DNA from: Klebsormidium nitens
Lineage: Eukaryota > Plantae > Klebsormidiophyceae
Length of the DNA: 64,000 bases
Assembly: GCA_000708835.1 (NCBI GenBank)
Contig: DF237133.1
Location: forward strand, 62,001 to 126,000
Reading direction: 5' to 3'
Part shown: piece by piece, positions 48,866 to 61,009 of the stretch
Position numbering within the stretch: the stretch's first letter is position 1
Layout of the letters: each line of letters begins with the position of its first letter
Position numbers and translations under genes: made by a program
Notes under the pieces: generated by a model
The model's database searches: none
The model's input: only the letters and a program-made list of their open reading frames with translations
What the model was told of the DNA's origin: nothing

Positions 48866-49990
48866 GATGCCCGGTTGCTCGTCGGCTGTCCGAAGTCCGA
48901 TCCCTGACAACCTGCGTCCGCAACTTTTTTCCGAAGAAAAGTTCGGCCGACGGCTGCTTTGTCCGTTTTGCCGCACTAGGGGCCCATTTTGTCGCGCGGC
49001 CGCGCGCGGCCACCCGCGGCCGCTTGGAGAAAGCAGACTTTGCGCGATTCTGCACGCGCGCCTTTCAATGACAATGTTGCCAGCAAGCTTGCAGCCGCTT
49101 TCCGTGTCACTGTGATGTGTGGGTCCTCAATGCTCATTGCATTGACAAGTTGCAGGCTTGCCGTTCTGCGCCTGAGCCTGAGGCTGTCGTTTGCAGAAGC
49201 TCCCATTCATCGTGAGCATACATCTATCCTATGCAAGGGTGACACTCCACGGATTCTGAAAAAGAGGTATGTACAGTTTTCAACTTTCCTTTGCAAGAAG
49301 GTTTCTGTATGGTTGTCATTGTCGAAGGTTCCAATCCCCTCTTGTTTGAATGTGCTTCGTCGCTGGCATCTATCAACTCTCTGCGGTATTGAAGGGCTTT
49401 CATGCATATGTTTCTTCTGCAAGGTTTGACTCTAAAACCTGCCTTGCTATAGGCTCAGAAGGAGCTCTAGGAATGGGACAGCTTCAAAGCATGCTCCATG
49501 CAATATCGGCGAATATTGTGGCCTTCTTGTCTGGAATAATGAACATGCTGCTGGCTTGAATCAGTTTGGCGATAAGACACGGCTATGAGTCAATTCCTGA
49601 TGGTCTTTTATCTCAGGTATTCAAAGGGAATTGCTTTCTACTGATGAATTACCAATCAGGTCTTTAAGCGATGTAGGTCTTGAAGCAGAGGAACAATGCC
49701 ATGCCTATGATCGCTTCGTACCCGGCAACACGTGCAGAAGATTTGTTCCCAAGTATGGGCTTACTCCATGAGAAGCTCGCTCTCGCCAGAACGATTGAGC
49801 TGCTGGGTGTTGACAAGATTTACTTTTGCTTACGCGTCTAGCATGGCTGGGCACTGCGGGCGTCTTCAAAAGCACCTTCAAGCACTGTCACTAGCAGGTG
49901 CGCACTGCAGGAACTTAATCCTGCTCCGCCTTGCTGGTGCAGGCCCTTCCGAAAGAGCTCCACCACCCTTGTCGATCCCATCCAAGAACA

Positions 49991-52900
49991 ATGTCAGGCG
50001 GATTCGACATCCAGAGTTTCTTCAAGAGCGTGAGCTCCACGCCCCCACCCCAACCTCAGGCGGAGCATTCGGGACCCCCCCCTCCAACTTATGGTGGCCC
50101 AAATCAAGGGCCGCCGCCCCCCCTTCCCCCGGGCTTCGGGGCGCCCCCCCCGCCGGGCTACATGCACCCTCAGCAATTCCAGGGGCCCCCTTCTGGCCCT
50201 TTCCCTTTCCACCTGCTCGGGCAGCAGCAGCCGCCGCCGTTCCAGGGGGGTCATCGTCCCCAGCAACAGCACCCCCATTTCCAAGGGGGTAATCCTTCCC
50301 AGCAACAGCATCCCCCATTCCAGGGCCCTCCATCGGGGGCCCCAAACTCGGCGGGCGCCAACTTAATGGCCTTGCTTAGGGGACCTCCCCCAGCCTCTGC
50401 GCCGCCCCCGGTGCCGCAACATAGTCCTGAGGCCCCCCCCGCCGCAAATGGATTTGAGGCCCCCCCCATGTCGGCACCGGTGGCCACTCAGCCAAACCCA
50501 CCTTCGCAGAGCGCGGCGCCGACCGCGCCCCCGCTTACGTTTGCTCCGGGCTCGCCCCCCGCTGCCGGCGCCAAGGCGAGCTGGTTCCGGGGGAAGGCGA
50601 AGAAAGGCACGGGGCGGGTGTTGAGCGGTGCTCACGTCGTGTACGACATCGACGAGAAGCGCGAGGGCGAGACGAAGCCGCAGCTGGAGGTGCACACGAT
50701 CAGCAAGGTGCCGCTGGAGTACCGCTTGGAGCTGGGGCGCGAGATCGCGGTGAACCGGAACTACATCTGCTATGGGATGAAGACGGGGTCGGTGCGCATC
50801 CTGAGCCAGATCGAGGACGCCAAAGTGCTCCTCAAGGAGCATTCGCAGGTGAGGGCAAGGTCTGGAGTTCTTGAATTGTTCAAGGTCGTCGTTATATTGC
50901 TGTGCTGTCTTGTTTGATAGTTCAATTCTCATTACCAATACATGCAATCTCGTGCTCAGTGCAACTTGCGTGGGAACGAGTTGGAGTGGTGTATGGTGGC
51001 ACAATCTCCTGATTGAATTCTCGAAGTTTTTGTATCATATAAAATTTTCGCAGCTTCAACATATCTGAGTGGGGCCTTACAATTGCTTCCGCCACGTATG
51101 CTAGTGCTCAAGATTTTCAGACTCTGACTACTTCTTTGTGTGCAGAGGTTGACGGACCTTGCCGTCTTTGCCGAGGACGTTAACCTCCTTTCCAGGTGAG
51201 ATATTTGCTGTTGTCTCCAAAAGACTAGATCGGCCAGCTAGACTTAGTGCTTGCCGGGTAGAGTGGCAAGTAAGAGACTCGATCAGCAGAAGATTTCCGC
51301 CAAGCAGTTGTGCATTGGACACACTGGAAAGTCGCAATTGCCACACCGAAAATTACAAAGGGCTTTCACGTGCGTCCATCTCCTCTGCCCTCTTCCCATT
51401 AGAAGCTACCATCACCGGCACTTTTATACAACTTCTCAGCCAACTTCACCGCGAAGATATGCAATGAGGTATGCAATAAGAATATGCATCTGGCAGCTTG
51501 CTTATATTGCTGATGCCACGTAAGTTTGAAGAAAATCTGGTTTCCAATCTTCTGCATCTCCTCTCGTCCAGCGCTTCTTCAGACGGCCGCGTGTTCCTCC
51601 ACGAGGTGGTGGGCCGCGGCAAGAAGGACACCAAGGCGCGGCCCATCATGGGCCTCCAGTGGCCCCCTGAGGGAGGCGCTTTGCACGTTGCTTGGAACCC
51701 CCGGCAACAGGTAATTTCGTACCCCCAATTTGAATCTAACTGCTTACTGTTACCAAGCGATGGAGCTTCTTGACGGTTGCCTGCTACTTTGGGCAGGACC
51801 GGGCCCGTTCTGGAAGTGCGCTCTTGTCGTGGCCCGCTTTTGCCTGGACAGAGAATGGGCTTCCTGTATGATGCGTGGAGTTGCAGTTCGTGACATTTTC
51901 AAGCGATCAACGCACTTGCGAGATGTGTCATGGGCAGGAATCGTCCGTGTAGCGGAGAGTTTTGCAGCATGCTACTTCCCATCCGATCAAGAGAACTCGT
52001 CACTAATTCTGCCCTCCTTTTCGCACCCCCCCTCGTAGGAACACCTCGCCATCGTCCAGGGCAACTCCTTCTACCTTGCTGAGGTCAGCCGCCTCCAGCA
52101 ACAGCTCCCCCCCCCTCAGGACGGCGAGCCCGCCCCGCTCCTAGCCGTCGACCCCACAAACCCCGCTCCGGGCCTGCGCCTCGTCGGCACGCACGCTGAC
52201 GTCATCGTCGACGTCAGCTTCTCGCCAGCTGGCGACCGCATCGCGTCCGCGTCCAGGGACGGGCGCGTCAAGGTCTGGGGCGGTGAGGGGGACCGGTGCT
52301 TGTCGGAACTGACCCCCCATTCCGGGGAAGCCGTCTGCAGCGTGCGTTTCGTCGGGACGGGAGACGAGATTGTTTTGGTGACAGGGGGGCCGGCAAACAG
52401 GGAGATTAAGCTGTGGGTCGCGGGGGGGGAGGGAGCGGAGTGGCAGTGCGTGCAAACGGTGGAGCTGACCAGCGCGGAGGGGGCGGAGGCCTTTTTCAAC
52501 CACTTGCATGTGAGGGCCGTCATGGTTGCAGAGAATTTTGCCCAAGACTGTGTTAACTTTTTCCTCTACGGTTAACACGGAAGGTTGCGTGCAGTTCAGT
52601 GGTACCGATAAGTGAGAAGAACGCTTTCCAAGCGAACCAGTGCTCACTTCGTGATCTGCTGCAGTTACAGCCCTTCAAAAGCTGCCATCCAGGTTGTGTG
52701 AAGAAGTTGGAAACCGCAGGCTTGCTTGCTCCTTCACCTGGTCTGACAATCTTGTCTCTAGTGAAGACGTCTCGTCTCCTCTTACACCTAACAACGCTGC
52801 CTGTCTTTCTTGTCCCAAGTCCTTGTAGACCACTGCCGTAACCTCCTCTTTCCGACTTGGATGGTTATCAACACCATATCCGATTGTTTTTACAATGTCT

Positions 52901-55900
52901 TTGAGAAGGCAGACTTTTGGATTGTTCTGCCAGGTGGACCACCGCTCGGGCCTCCTCTTCCTGGCCAACACGCTGCGCAAGAGCATGTACGTCCTCAACC
53001 TGCGGCGCGGGGCCGGCTCCGCGCAGCCCCCCGCCTTCGACTATCTCGCTGAGTTCTCGTTTACGGCGCCGGTCCTCAGCTACACCACACTGAACGAGGG
53101 AGTGGTCGACGGGGAGGAGACCGTGGAGATCTACGCTGTGCAGCCAGAGAAGATCCAGCGATATGCGCTGGACGCAGCGTTGGTAAGCAGGATTCTGGTA
53201 ACAAAATTCGGTGCGGGTGGACGGGAATGAATTGTCGGTTGTGGGATCGTTAGGCTGGGGCAATCGGGTTACAAGGGATTTGAGCTCGACAAGTGTACCG
53301 GGTTTAAGTGGACTCTGGGGTTGTCCGCAAGCTAGAGTGTTCTGCTTGGTATATTGGCAAAGTACTGGCTGCCTTCCTTTGCAGCGACGATTGATCCAGA
53401 GGACCATAGAACTTGGTGGCATATTGGCTCGGGCTTTATTTCTCGAGATGCACGGGCTGACATTTTGGACTTAAAATGTGGGGCCATAACCAGAGGAAGA
53501 TGAGCACATTATTGCCGGCCGGCCAACTGTAAATACTTGTGTATTCAGCCCTTCCTTTGCGTTCTCAAGGCCCTCAAGACAGCCAACGACAGGTAGAAGA
53601 GGTTACGCAGATTCCTCTCACTTCTCATCACCTTCGTCTTGAGACTAAATATACATACATTTGTACAGTGCCGCCCACCTCCTGAAGAAGAAGCGGCCCC
53701 CCCTCAGGCCCCCGTGGCCGCGCCAGGGCCCCTTTCCCCCATGATCCTCTCCCAACTCACCGAAGCCCCCCCGACCGCGCACAAGCCCCTTGTTCCCGAA
53801 GTCCCAAGCGCCCCAACCGCTGAGCAACAAGCCCACCCCCCCGAACCGACACCGGAGAATGAACCGAGCGCTCCGGACGCCCCAGAGGGCCTGGACGTGT
53901 CGGTGCAGAAGCAACCGGGGGTGAGCCCCGACCTGACTCGCGAGTTCTCGGGACGGGAGCACGGGCATGTGAACCTGGGCGTCGGCAGCCGGGGCCTTGT
54001 TCAGAACATGAACGAGCTGAAGAAGCAGGCGAGCAGGAGCCGGACGGGGAGCCCAGCCCGGCAACAGGGCCTCGAGGCGAAAACCGCCGGAACGAAAGAA
54101 GCTGAGGGGGTTAAGACGGAGGAAAGTGCAAAGGTGGAGACCAAAACCGAGCAGGGGGTTGAGAAAGCTCCGGAGATTCCCCCCCTGGAGGCCGCCGCTC
54201 CGGTTGCGGCTCAAGAGACGGCCACGGAAGAGGCTAAGGGGGTCGAAGAGGCAAGCTCACAAGAAGCGCCGAAGCTACCGGAAGCGCCAAAAACCTCTGA
54301 AGCCCCGAAACTGCTAACGCCAGCCATGCTGATGGGGGGCCCCAAGGTAGAAGAGCCGCAGCCTGCAGCGCCCCCCCAAAAGAAGGACGCCGGTGCTACA
54401 AACGGGGCGAAGGGGCGCCAGGGGGGTGCGAAGCAGCACGTGGGCAGCCCCCCCAGATCGAAGGGCGGGAACAACGTCAAGTGGGCGCCCAAAGTGGGGG
54501 GTCCGGAGGTAGTGTCGAGCGCGCCCCCCGTCGAGGGGCTCTCGTATGATGACGTCATGAAGGGCGTTGCGGCGAAGAAGGAGGAGCCCAAAAGTAAGAA
54601 AGAGCCAACAAAGGCGAACGCCGCGCCTCCGGCCACAGCGGCGGTGGCGGCGCTCGCCGTACCCCCCCCGGAAAAAGAAGACGGCGCGGTTCTCAAAGAT
54701 TCGGAAGAGGCGGCGGGTCCGTCCGAAGGGGAGAGGGGCGAGCCCGAGAAGAAGCGCAAGGGGAAGGAGAAGGAGAAGGGCCCCGCTCAGGCGGAGGCGG
54801 AGGCCGCCACGAAGGCGGAAAAGCTGGAGGACGTGACGGCGGCGCTCCAGACCGGGGCCCCGGAGGCCCCCGCCGGGGAGGGGCTCGTGGACCCGGCCGC
54901 GCTGACATCTGGCGGCTTCCTATTGGCCGAGAAAGCGAAGGGCCGGAAGAAGAACAAGGGGGGGAACTTGGCGACTGCGGCTGCGGTCCCCCCCCCGCAA
55001 ACCCCTGCGGAAGCAGCCCCCGGCCCCAGCGCGCCGGCACCCCCGTCGCAAGGAACAGTGGCGGTTCCTACGGATTCCAATGAAATGCTCCAGCAGGTGA
55101 AGCAGATTCCGGGGGGGGTTGCGACGGCGGTGGCGAAAGAAGGGAAGAGGATCGAGACGGCGCTGGCGCTCAGACTAGAGAAGGTGATCAAAGCGAACGC
55201 CGAGGCGCAGGCGGCGCGGGCCGAGGAAGAAAGGGCGAAGCGCGAGAAGGCGGAGAAGCTGCGGATGGACACGGCGCTGCAGGCGATCACGGGGGCGCTC
55301 AGCCGTGACCTCCCGGCACTTGTTGAGAAGGTGGGGATTGGTAAAATCAGTACGTGGAGAATCCTAGATACCTATCCTACTTAGCTAAGAGCATCCGTTT
55401 GAAGATTTGGTGAACCACAAGATATGTGTTCTGCACTTCTGCTTTGTGGTTCCGAAAGTTTGTGTTCGTAAATCACATTTGGCCTTCACGGGGGCGCTCA
55501 GCCGGGAGCTCCCGGCGCTCGCCGAGAAGGTGGGCAATGCAATGGTTCTGTATTTTGCACTTCTTGGGTGGTGAGTTTCTTTGAAGATCCGTGGAATCGA
55601 CTATCTTGTTTTGCGTCCCGGATCTGAGATTCTCGGCTGCAAACTTTGCTGACTGCTGATCAAGGTGCTATTGAAGAATGCAAATACCGTCTTCATAATT
55701 GAAATTCGTCGCATAGAATGTCAATGATGCGTGGTTTGCTGTTGTTACAGCACCAAGGTTGTTGTGCTCGAAAGTCTGCCAGTCTGACAAGCCGACCTAT
55801 GTTCACAAACCTGCTGTTATATCTAATTTCTGAACCCACTGCTCCTGTTAATGCAGTCTGTGAAGAAGGAGCTCGCGGCCGCGGCCCCCGCCATGTCACA

Positions 55901-58900
55901 GCTCCTGGGGCCCGCCATCGAAAAGTCGGTCCAGGATGCGCTGGTCAAAGGGGACGGGAACAAGGACCTCACACAGGTGTGGTGCTCAACCCGCTTTCAA
56001 AAACACTCCTTGTTTCAATTGCAAAGACTTCAGATGGTTTTCTGCTGCGAACGCTGCTCACCACATGACAGGTGAAACAACCGAAACAAAGTCTCATTCC
56101 ATCAACTTTGCCCTTGAATGTTCTGTGATGCGACAGCCTTGGCCCCGCAAACAGAGTTTCGCAGAGCCGTCCCTTGGTTCAAAAGCCCTCGGACTTTTCC
56201 AATGTCCCGAAGGCCCAGTTTCGTTTCAGAAGTTCACCCCCTCGGTTTGGGCTTCACATCCGAGAAGGACGCCAAGCCGAAGGCGTGCCTGAGCCGGCTG
56301 CTGCGTGCATCTTACTGATTACCAAGTTTTTCATTTCCATAGAGTAATATAGAATCGAAACCTCCCAAGATTTCAGCACTTGCAACCCTGAAAGCCAGAA
56401 GAACCCTGATGTTGCAGCTGGAGAAGGCGGTGGGCGCCAAGTTGGAGGCGTCCCTGAGCCGGCAGGTCCAGGCCCAGTTCCAGACTAGGCTCAAGGCGGC
56501 CCTTCAGTGGCTGCTGCGCACGTCATTCCCAAGCATTTCACGGGCGGAAATCTATTCTGAGTATGAATTCTAAGGCCCTAGAAACTCGCATTCGCAGCTG
56601 GAGAAGGCGGTGGGCGCCAAGCTGGAGGCCTCCCTCAGCCGGCAGGTGCAAGCCCAGTTCCAGACGACGCTCAAGGCGGCCCTCCAGGAGACGCTGCGCA
56701 CGTCGTTCCAGGGCCTCCTGCTGCCGTCATTCGAGGCCGCCACGCGCGCCATGTTCGAGCAGATCGAGGGCGCGGTGCGGGGCGGCATGGCTGACCATGC
56801 ACAGAACGCGCAGCACGCGGGGGCGGCGGCCAATGGGGCGCTCGCGTCGACGCTCCAGGTTGGTGATTCTTCCTTCTCTGGGGGGGTTGGTCAGTAGACA
56901 AGGACGTTACTTTGCGTGAAGTGTTCTTGGGGTTCGAACCCTGGTTGTTTGGCTTGCCTATGCGACCTTTCGGTTCTGTTCTAACCCTGATTGGTCGCCC
57001 CTTTTACAGAACGTGGGCGTTGAAAATGCAGTTAGTGACTGGACGGCAGAAACACGGAGACTATGCATGGAAGGATCCTGAAATCTGGAAAATCTCAACA
57101 AAGAACGTTTGACAAGTCGTTAGAAGCCCTATATCTCTTCCTCTATAGGACACTATCACATCGGCCTCCGCCTTGGTGTCCACGCTACAGAGTGAGATTG
57201 CAGAGGGGCAGCGGAAGCTCGTCGCGCTGGCGGAGGCGTCAGGAAAGCAGCGCACGGCGAGCCTGACCAAGCAAGGAAATGGCGGACTGCCGGACGGGGC
57301 CATCAGCCTGCAGGTGGGGCCTATTTACACCCCTGCAAAGGGAAAAGGTTCACCTGGCCTTTTTCAAAATATGAGGAAGGAGGAGGCCGAGAGTAGCTTG
57401 ATTGTTCACTCTTTAGGGGAAAACAGGGCCTCAGTACGGACTCTTGAATCCTGTCACCAAGACCTGACTTTGCTTGTGATCTAAAATCGCACTAGAGAAA
57501 ATGTGACTCGGCTGATTGTGGGACCCTTTCAAGCCCTGATTGGAGGATCACTTGCTTCTTCCAAGGCGGAGCAACCAGGCGAATGCGGTAGATGATACTC
57601 TAGTTTTGGGCACCAGGACAACCAAGAGGGGGCGCTTATCGCCAAGATTGCACGCTTTTAAGAAGCTCGCACCTTTCCCATATTGAGCGCGCCTTGCTTA
57701 GCGTGTGAAGGAACGCCTATAGTGTAGCTCGGTTTCAGAGCTCGATCAAAGCGCTGGATTTTGAAATTGCAAACCCCTGCTTGCAGCACGTGGAGGAGAG
57801 CCTGAAGATTAGTTCAGTAGTGTGACTTCGCTTAAGAATACTCGAACAACCTGAGCGCTGAAACCCTTTTTTAAATCCCCGATCCCCCAAACCCTGCTTG
57901 CAGCACGTGGAGGAGAGCCTTTCACTAATGTGACTTAAAACATACCTTGAATGCCCTTAAGCGCCGGAACCCTTTTTCCAAACCCTCCTGATTCCCAACC
58001 CCTGCTTGCAGCACGTGGAGGAGAGCCTGGACCCGACCAAGGAGCTGTCGCGGCTGCTGGCGGGCGGCAAGTACGAGGAGGCCTTCCTCAAGGCGCTCAA
58101 CGCGTTCGACGTGCCCATGGTCACCTGGCTCTGCAACCAGGTGCGCAGTCCTTCTGTATACCGCACCCTCTCGAACCCCCTCAGAGTGTTTGTTCCCATT
58201 CTGAATGAGCGTATCGGAAGCAAGAAAGCGGGCTTTGACGGAGCCCATACTCCGCAATTTGCACACGAGCCATGTTCTGGTGCGTCCCTGATTGACCAGC
58301 ATCAATTTCAAAGTCGAGGTCAAGCTTCGCATCAAGCGGAGCCAAGAGTCTCATTGCAGCCGCTTCTTCGCTGACAAGAAGGTGTTGACCGAGTATGCGG
58401 CAGCAAGAGTAGATGAGTGATAATACACCAACCTCCGGCAGCAATCCACTGGGGTGTATCTGCCCATACTGAGAAGGTGGAAAGCCTGCAGATCCGGCGA
58501 CTGCTTATCGGATTTATATTATTGGCCCTCAGGTTGACCCCAACGCGATCTTTGCGAGCCACCCGCTGCCGTTGAGCCAGGGCGTGCTGCTCTGGCTCGT
58601 GTCGCAGCTCGGCAGCGAGCTCGCCAAGGACACCTCCAAGAAGCTGGTGAGCCGCCACGTGGCACTTCCGGGTTGGATGTCGTGGTCGAGGCTATCGTTC
58701 TTTTCTGCCCATGTGCGCACTTTAGGAGGCCAACGCAAGTCCAGATACGTTGTTCTTCTTTTCAAATGACGCGATGCCAAGCCGGCCTCTGAGGATGTCA
58801 GTAAGCATTATGCATGGCTGTGTAGTCTTGGCTGTCTTTAGAATCGCTTGAACCCCTGTGACGCTTTACGAAGTTTTGACAAATAAAGGAGGCATACACG

Positions 58901-59558
58901 AAGCATTGGTTTGTTTATGGTCCGCAGCTCCTAAGGTTCGATGTAACAGACGGGCGAGAGACTGACCAGTTGCATTCGGGCCCCCAGGATTGGATCAGCC
59001 AGGCCGTGCTGGCAATCAACCCGGAGGACCCGCTGCTCGCGCCGCACATGCGCCCTTACCTGGAGCAGGCAAGCCGCTTGTGCAGATTTGCAGCGCTTCT
59101 TGGAAGTCTTTGCTTCAGCTTCGGATGAGTAAAAATCTTTCCGACTTCTAGCGTACTGGAGCAGAGTCGTCTCCCCGGGATCAATCTATTCGTTCCTTGT
59201 TCCCACTACGAGTCTCGCTGTGACGTGCACTGCTTTGTAAAGCCGTTTAGCGGTGTCGTGGGCCTTACGCTTGATGAGAAGATGTCCCTGGCGGCCCGTT
59301 TTGGGTTCCTCCTGTGAGTCTCAAAGAAATGGGCGGAAAGTGTTTCCACACGGGCTGTGCCTAGGTGCCTAGCCTAGATCCCAAAGTACCGGGACTTGCA
59401 ATTGAGTCGCTCATTTCTGAATCAATTAGCTCCCGGTCTTACAGCTGTACCAGAGCCTGCACGCCCAGCTGCAGGCCGTGCCGTCTGGCGGCGATGTGTC
59501 TCGCTCTTTGCGGACAATAATCCACGTTGTCAACTCGCTTTTGACCTCGTGCAAGTAG
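49991..59558 (+). CDS. EDC4: Enhancer of mRNA-decapping protein 4 (VARICOSE/Ge-1), about 1470 aa
   Basis: 13 exons: 49991-50848, 51146-51195, 51572-51710, 52039-52509, 52934-53182, 53669-55330, 55857-55976, 56598-56858, 57149-57313, 58012-58140, 58533-58646, 58988-59068 (GC donor), 59445-59558 (4413 nt). Motifs GREIAVNRNYICYG, WD40 repeats, TGGPANREIKLW, FDYLAEFSF, KEGKRIETAL, DPTKELSRLL..GKYEEAF, PLSQGVLL, IIHVVNSLLTSCK*. Confidence 0.96.
55486..55535 (+). repeat. Intronic copy of the 3' end and donor of EDC4 exon 6
   Basis: tcacgggggcgctcagccgggagctcccggcgctcgccgagaag|gtgggc versus 55287-55336 tcacgggggcgctcagccgtgacctcccggcacttgttgagaag|gtgggg. Confidence 0.85.
56410..56530 (+). repeat. 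Intronic copy of the acceptor and first ~37 codons of EDC4 exon 8 (plus a more decayed copy at about 56262-56312)
   Basis: gttgcag|CTGGAGAAGGCGGTGGGCGCCAAG... at 56418 matches the true exon at 56598 and runs into TAA at 56571. Confidence 0.9.
57774..58030 (+). repeat. Three-unit tandem repeat (about 110 bp) carrying the EDC4 exon 10 acceptor
   Basis: ccctgcttgcag|CACGTGGAGGAGAGCCT starts at 57787, 57904 and 58012 (true exon). The units also share tgtgactt and aaccctttt. Confidence 0.9.
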
Positions 59559-60392
59559 GGTGGGTAATCGGAGGTGGCGGAAAAGAGCGTCCGCGGAGGA
59601 TGATTGGATAGTTGGTAAGGAAGTGGTTAGTGAAGGCTTGCGGGCGCGTTAAGGGGACCAACATTTGGTGAGATGGGGATGAGAGGCTAGGCGAGTAATG
59701 AGGGCCGTGTCTGAGACAAACTGGTGGAAGGGCTAGAGAAGGTGGACATGACGAGGTTTGCGCTGTAAGCGGATGATGCAGTAGGTGCGTAAGACGGCCA
59801 GGTGACGAGAATTGAAACCGAAAACGGAGCGTACATTTGTGGGCGGCCGTCTTATGCACCTCAAGCCGTCTGCTCGGATGCTTCATGCAGTGGATTATGG
59901 TCACGTTGTCCTTGATGGCTGAAAATCTCGTCAAGGGGAAGGCGAATGTTGAAGATCTTGGAGTTCGCTCTTGCTTGACAAGATAATGCATTTCGTTCAC
60001 ACCCTCGAATGCGGAAATGATAATTTAGCAGATATTTAGATCGATATGTCGACGTCCTACCACTAGCTTGATTAGTTTCTAAAGAAACAGCAGGTAGACT
60101 TAGTGAATCTAGCCATGATTTCCACCGTCAAAATCAACCGTCAAAATTACATGATGGATCCTTGGAGTATACATGCTTGTTGCGAGCCTGTTGACAACAA
60201 AGTACGCTACCGTCAAAGAGACGGTATAGCGCTAGGACAAATTCAGGTGCTTGTGTGTGGGGGTATTACGAATGTTCGAACGGTAGTGCTTTTGAATCAT
60301 GATGCATGTGGGCAAATGGGGGCTGCATGCCAGCTAGTGATGGTCTCCGTACGAATTGTCTGCCAGCATTGCAATCGATCAACGGATTGGCG

Positions 60393-60774
60393 GCCCGAGC
60401 TCAGGAGGGGGGGGGGGTGCGGGGGGGGCGCAGCCCCCCCGCGTTCTGCCAAATTGAGCGGGGGGCAAAAAAGGGTTGCTTGAAAGAAAGAATTGTCCTA
60501 TGAAAAGGTGTCCGCAGTCAAAAGGGCTGTGTGTTTTCATCCAGGCTCGAACTGGAGACCTTTCGCGATCAACCGAAGCTGTGACTGCCTCGATGTTAGG
60601 CGAATGTGATAACCAACTACACCATGAAAACGCGGATGCCACAACGGGCAACTAGGAAAATATAAAGCAATCAAAACACACTCACTTCTTGCACCCTTTC
60701 TCGGGATGGATCTCCGCCCACCCTTTTGGCCTGAAGAACGGGGCCCCCCGTACCCCCCCGCCGGTGCCCCGGGC
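60393..60774. repeat. G/C-tract imperfect inverted repeat, possibly an old non-autonomous element
   Basis: Left gcccgagctcaggagggggggggggtgcgggggggg; reverse complement of the right end gcccggggcaccggcgggggggtacgggggg. No target-site duplication found. Confidence 0.35.
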
Positions 60775-61009
60775 ACTGGCCCATTATGATGGAGTCATGC
60801 AACCACTTGCTAGCTGGATGATGGCCTCACAGAGTCACACTAGCTCAGGCTGTGACTCGACATTCCTTGGATGATGGCCGCTGTCGCATTCTCCAGCAAG
60901 CTGACGGTCATTGCATCCGCAGCCCTGTGCGGGGCTGCCCCTTTCTCTGACTTTTGGATTTGAAAGCTGGGCGCACTTCAGGATCACTTGGGGCTGAGGA
61001 GTCCCCGCA

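Noticed and set aside
50022-51004. Minus-strand ORFs (107 and 213 aa, among others)
   Set aside because: Antisense shadows of EDC4 exon 1.
53645-55290. Several long minus-strand and alternate-frame ORFs (189, 182, 167, 115 aa)
   Set aside because: Shadows of the GC-rich low-complexity EDC4 exon 6.
56931-56941. B-box-like GGTTCGAACCC
   Set aside because: No upstream A-box or cloverleaf. Isolated motif in an intron.
57722-57741. tRNA A-box-like GTGTAGCTCGGTTTCAGAGC
   Set aside because: No downstream anticodon or T-arm and no acceptor-stem pairing.
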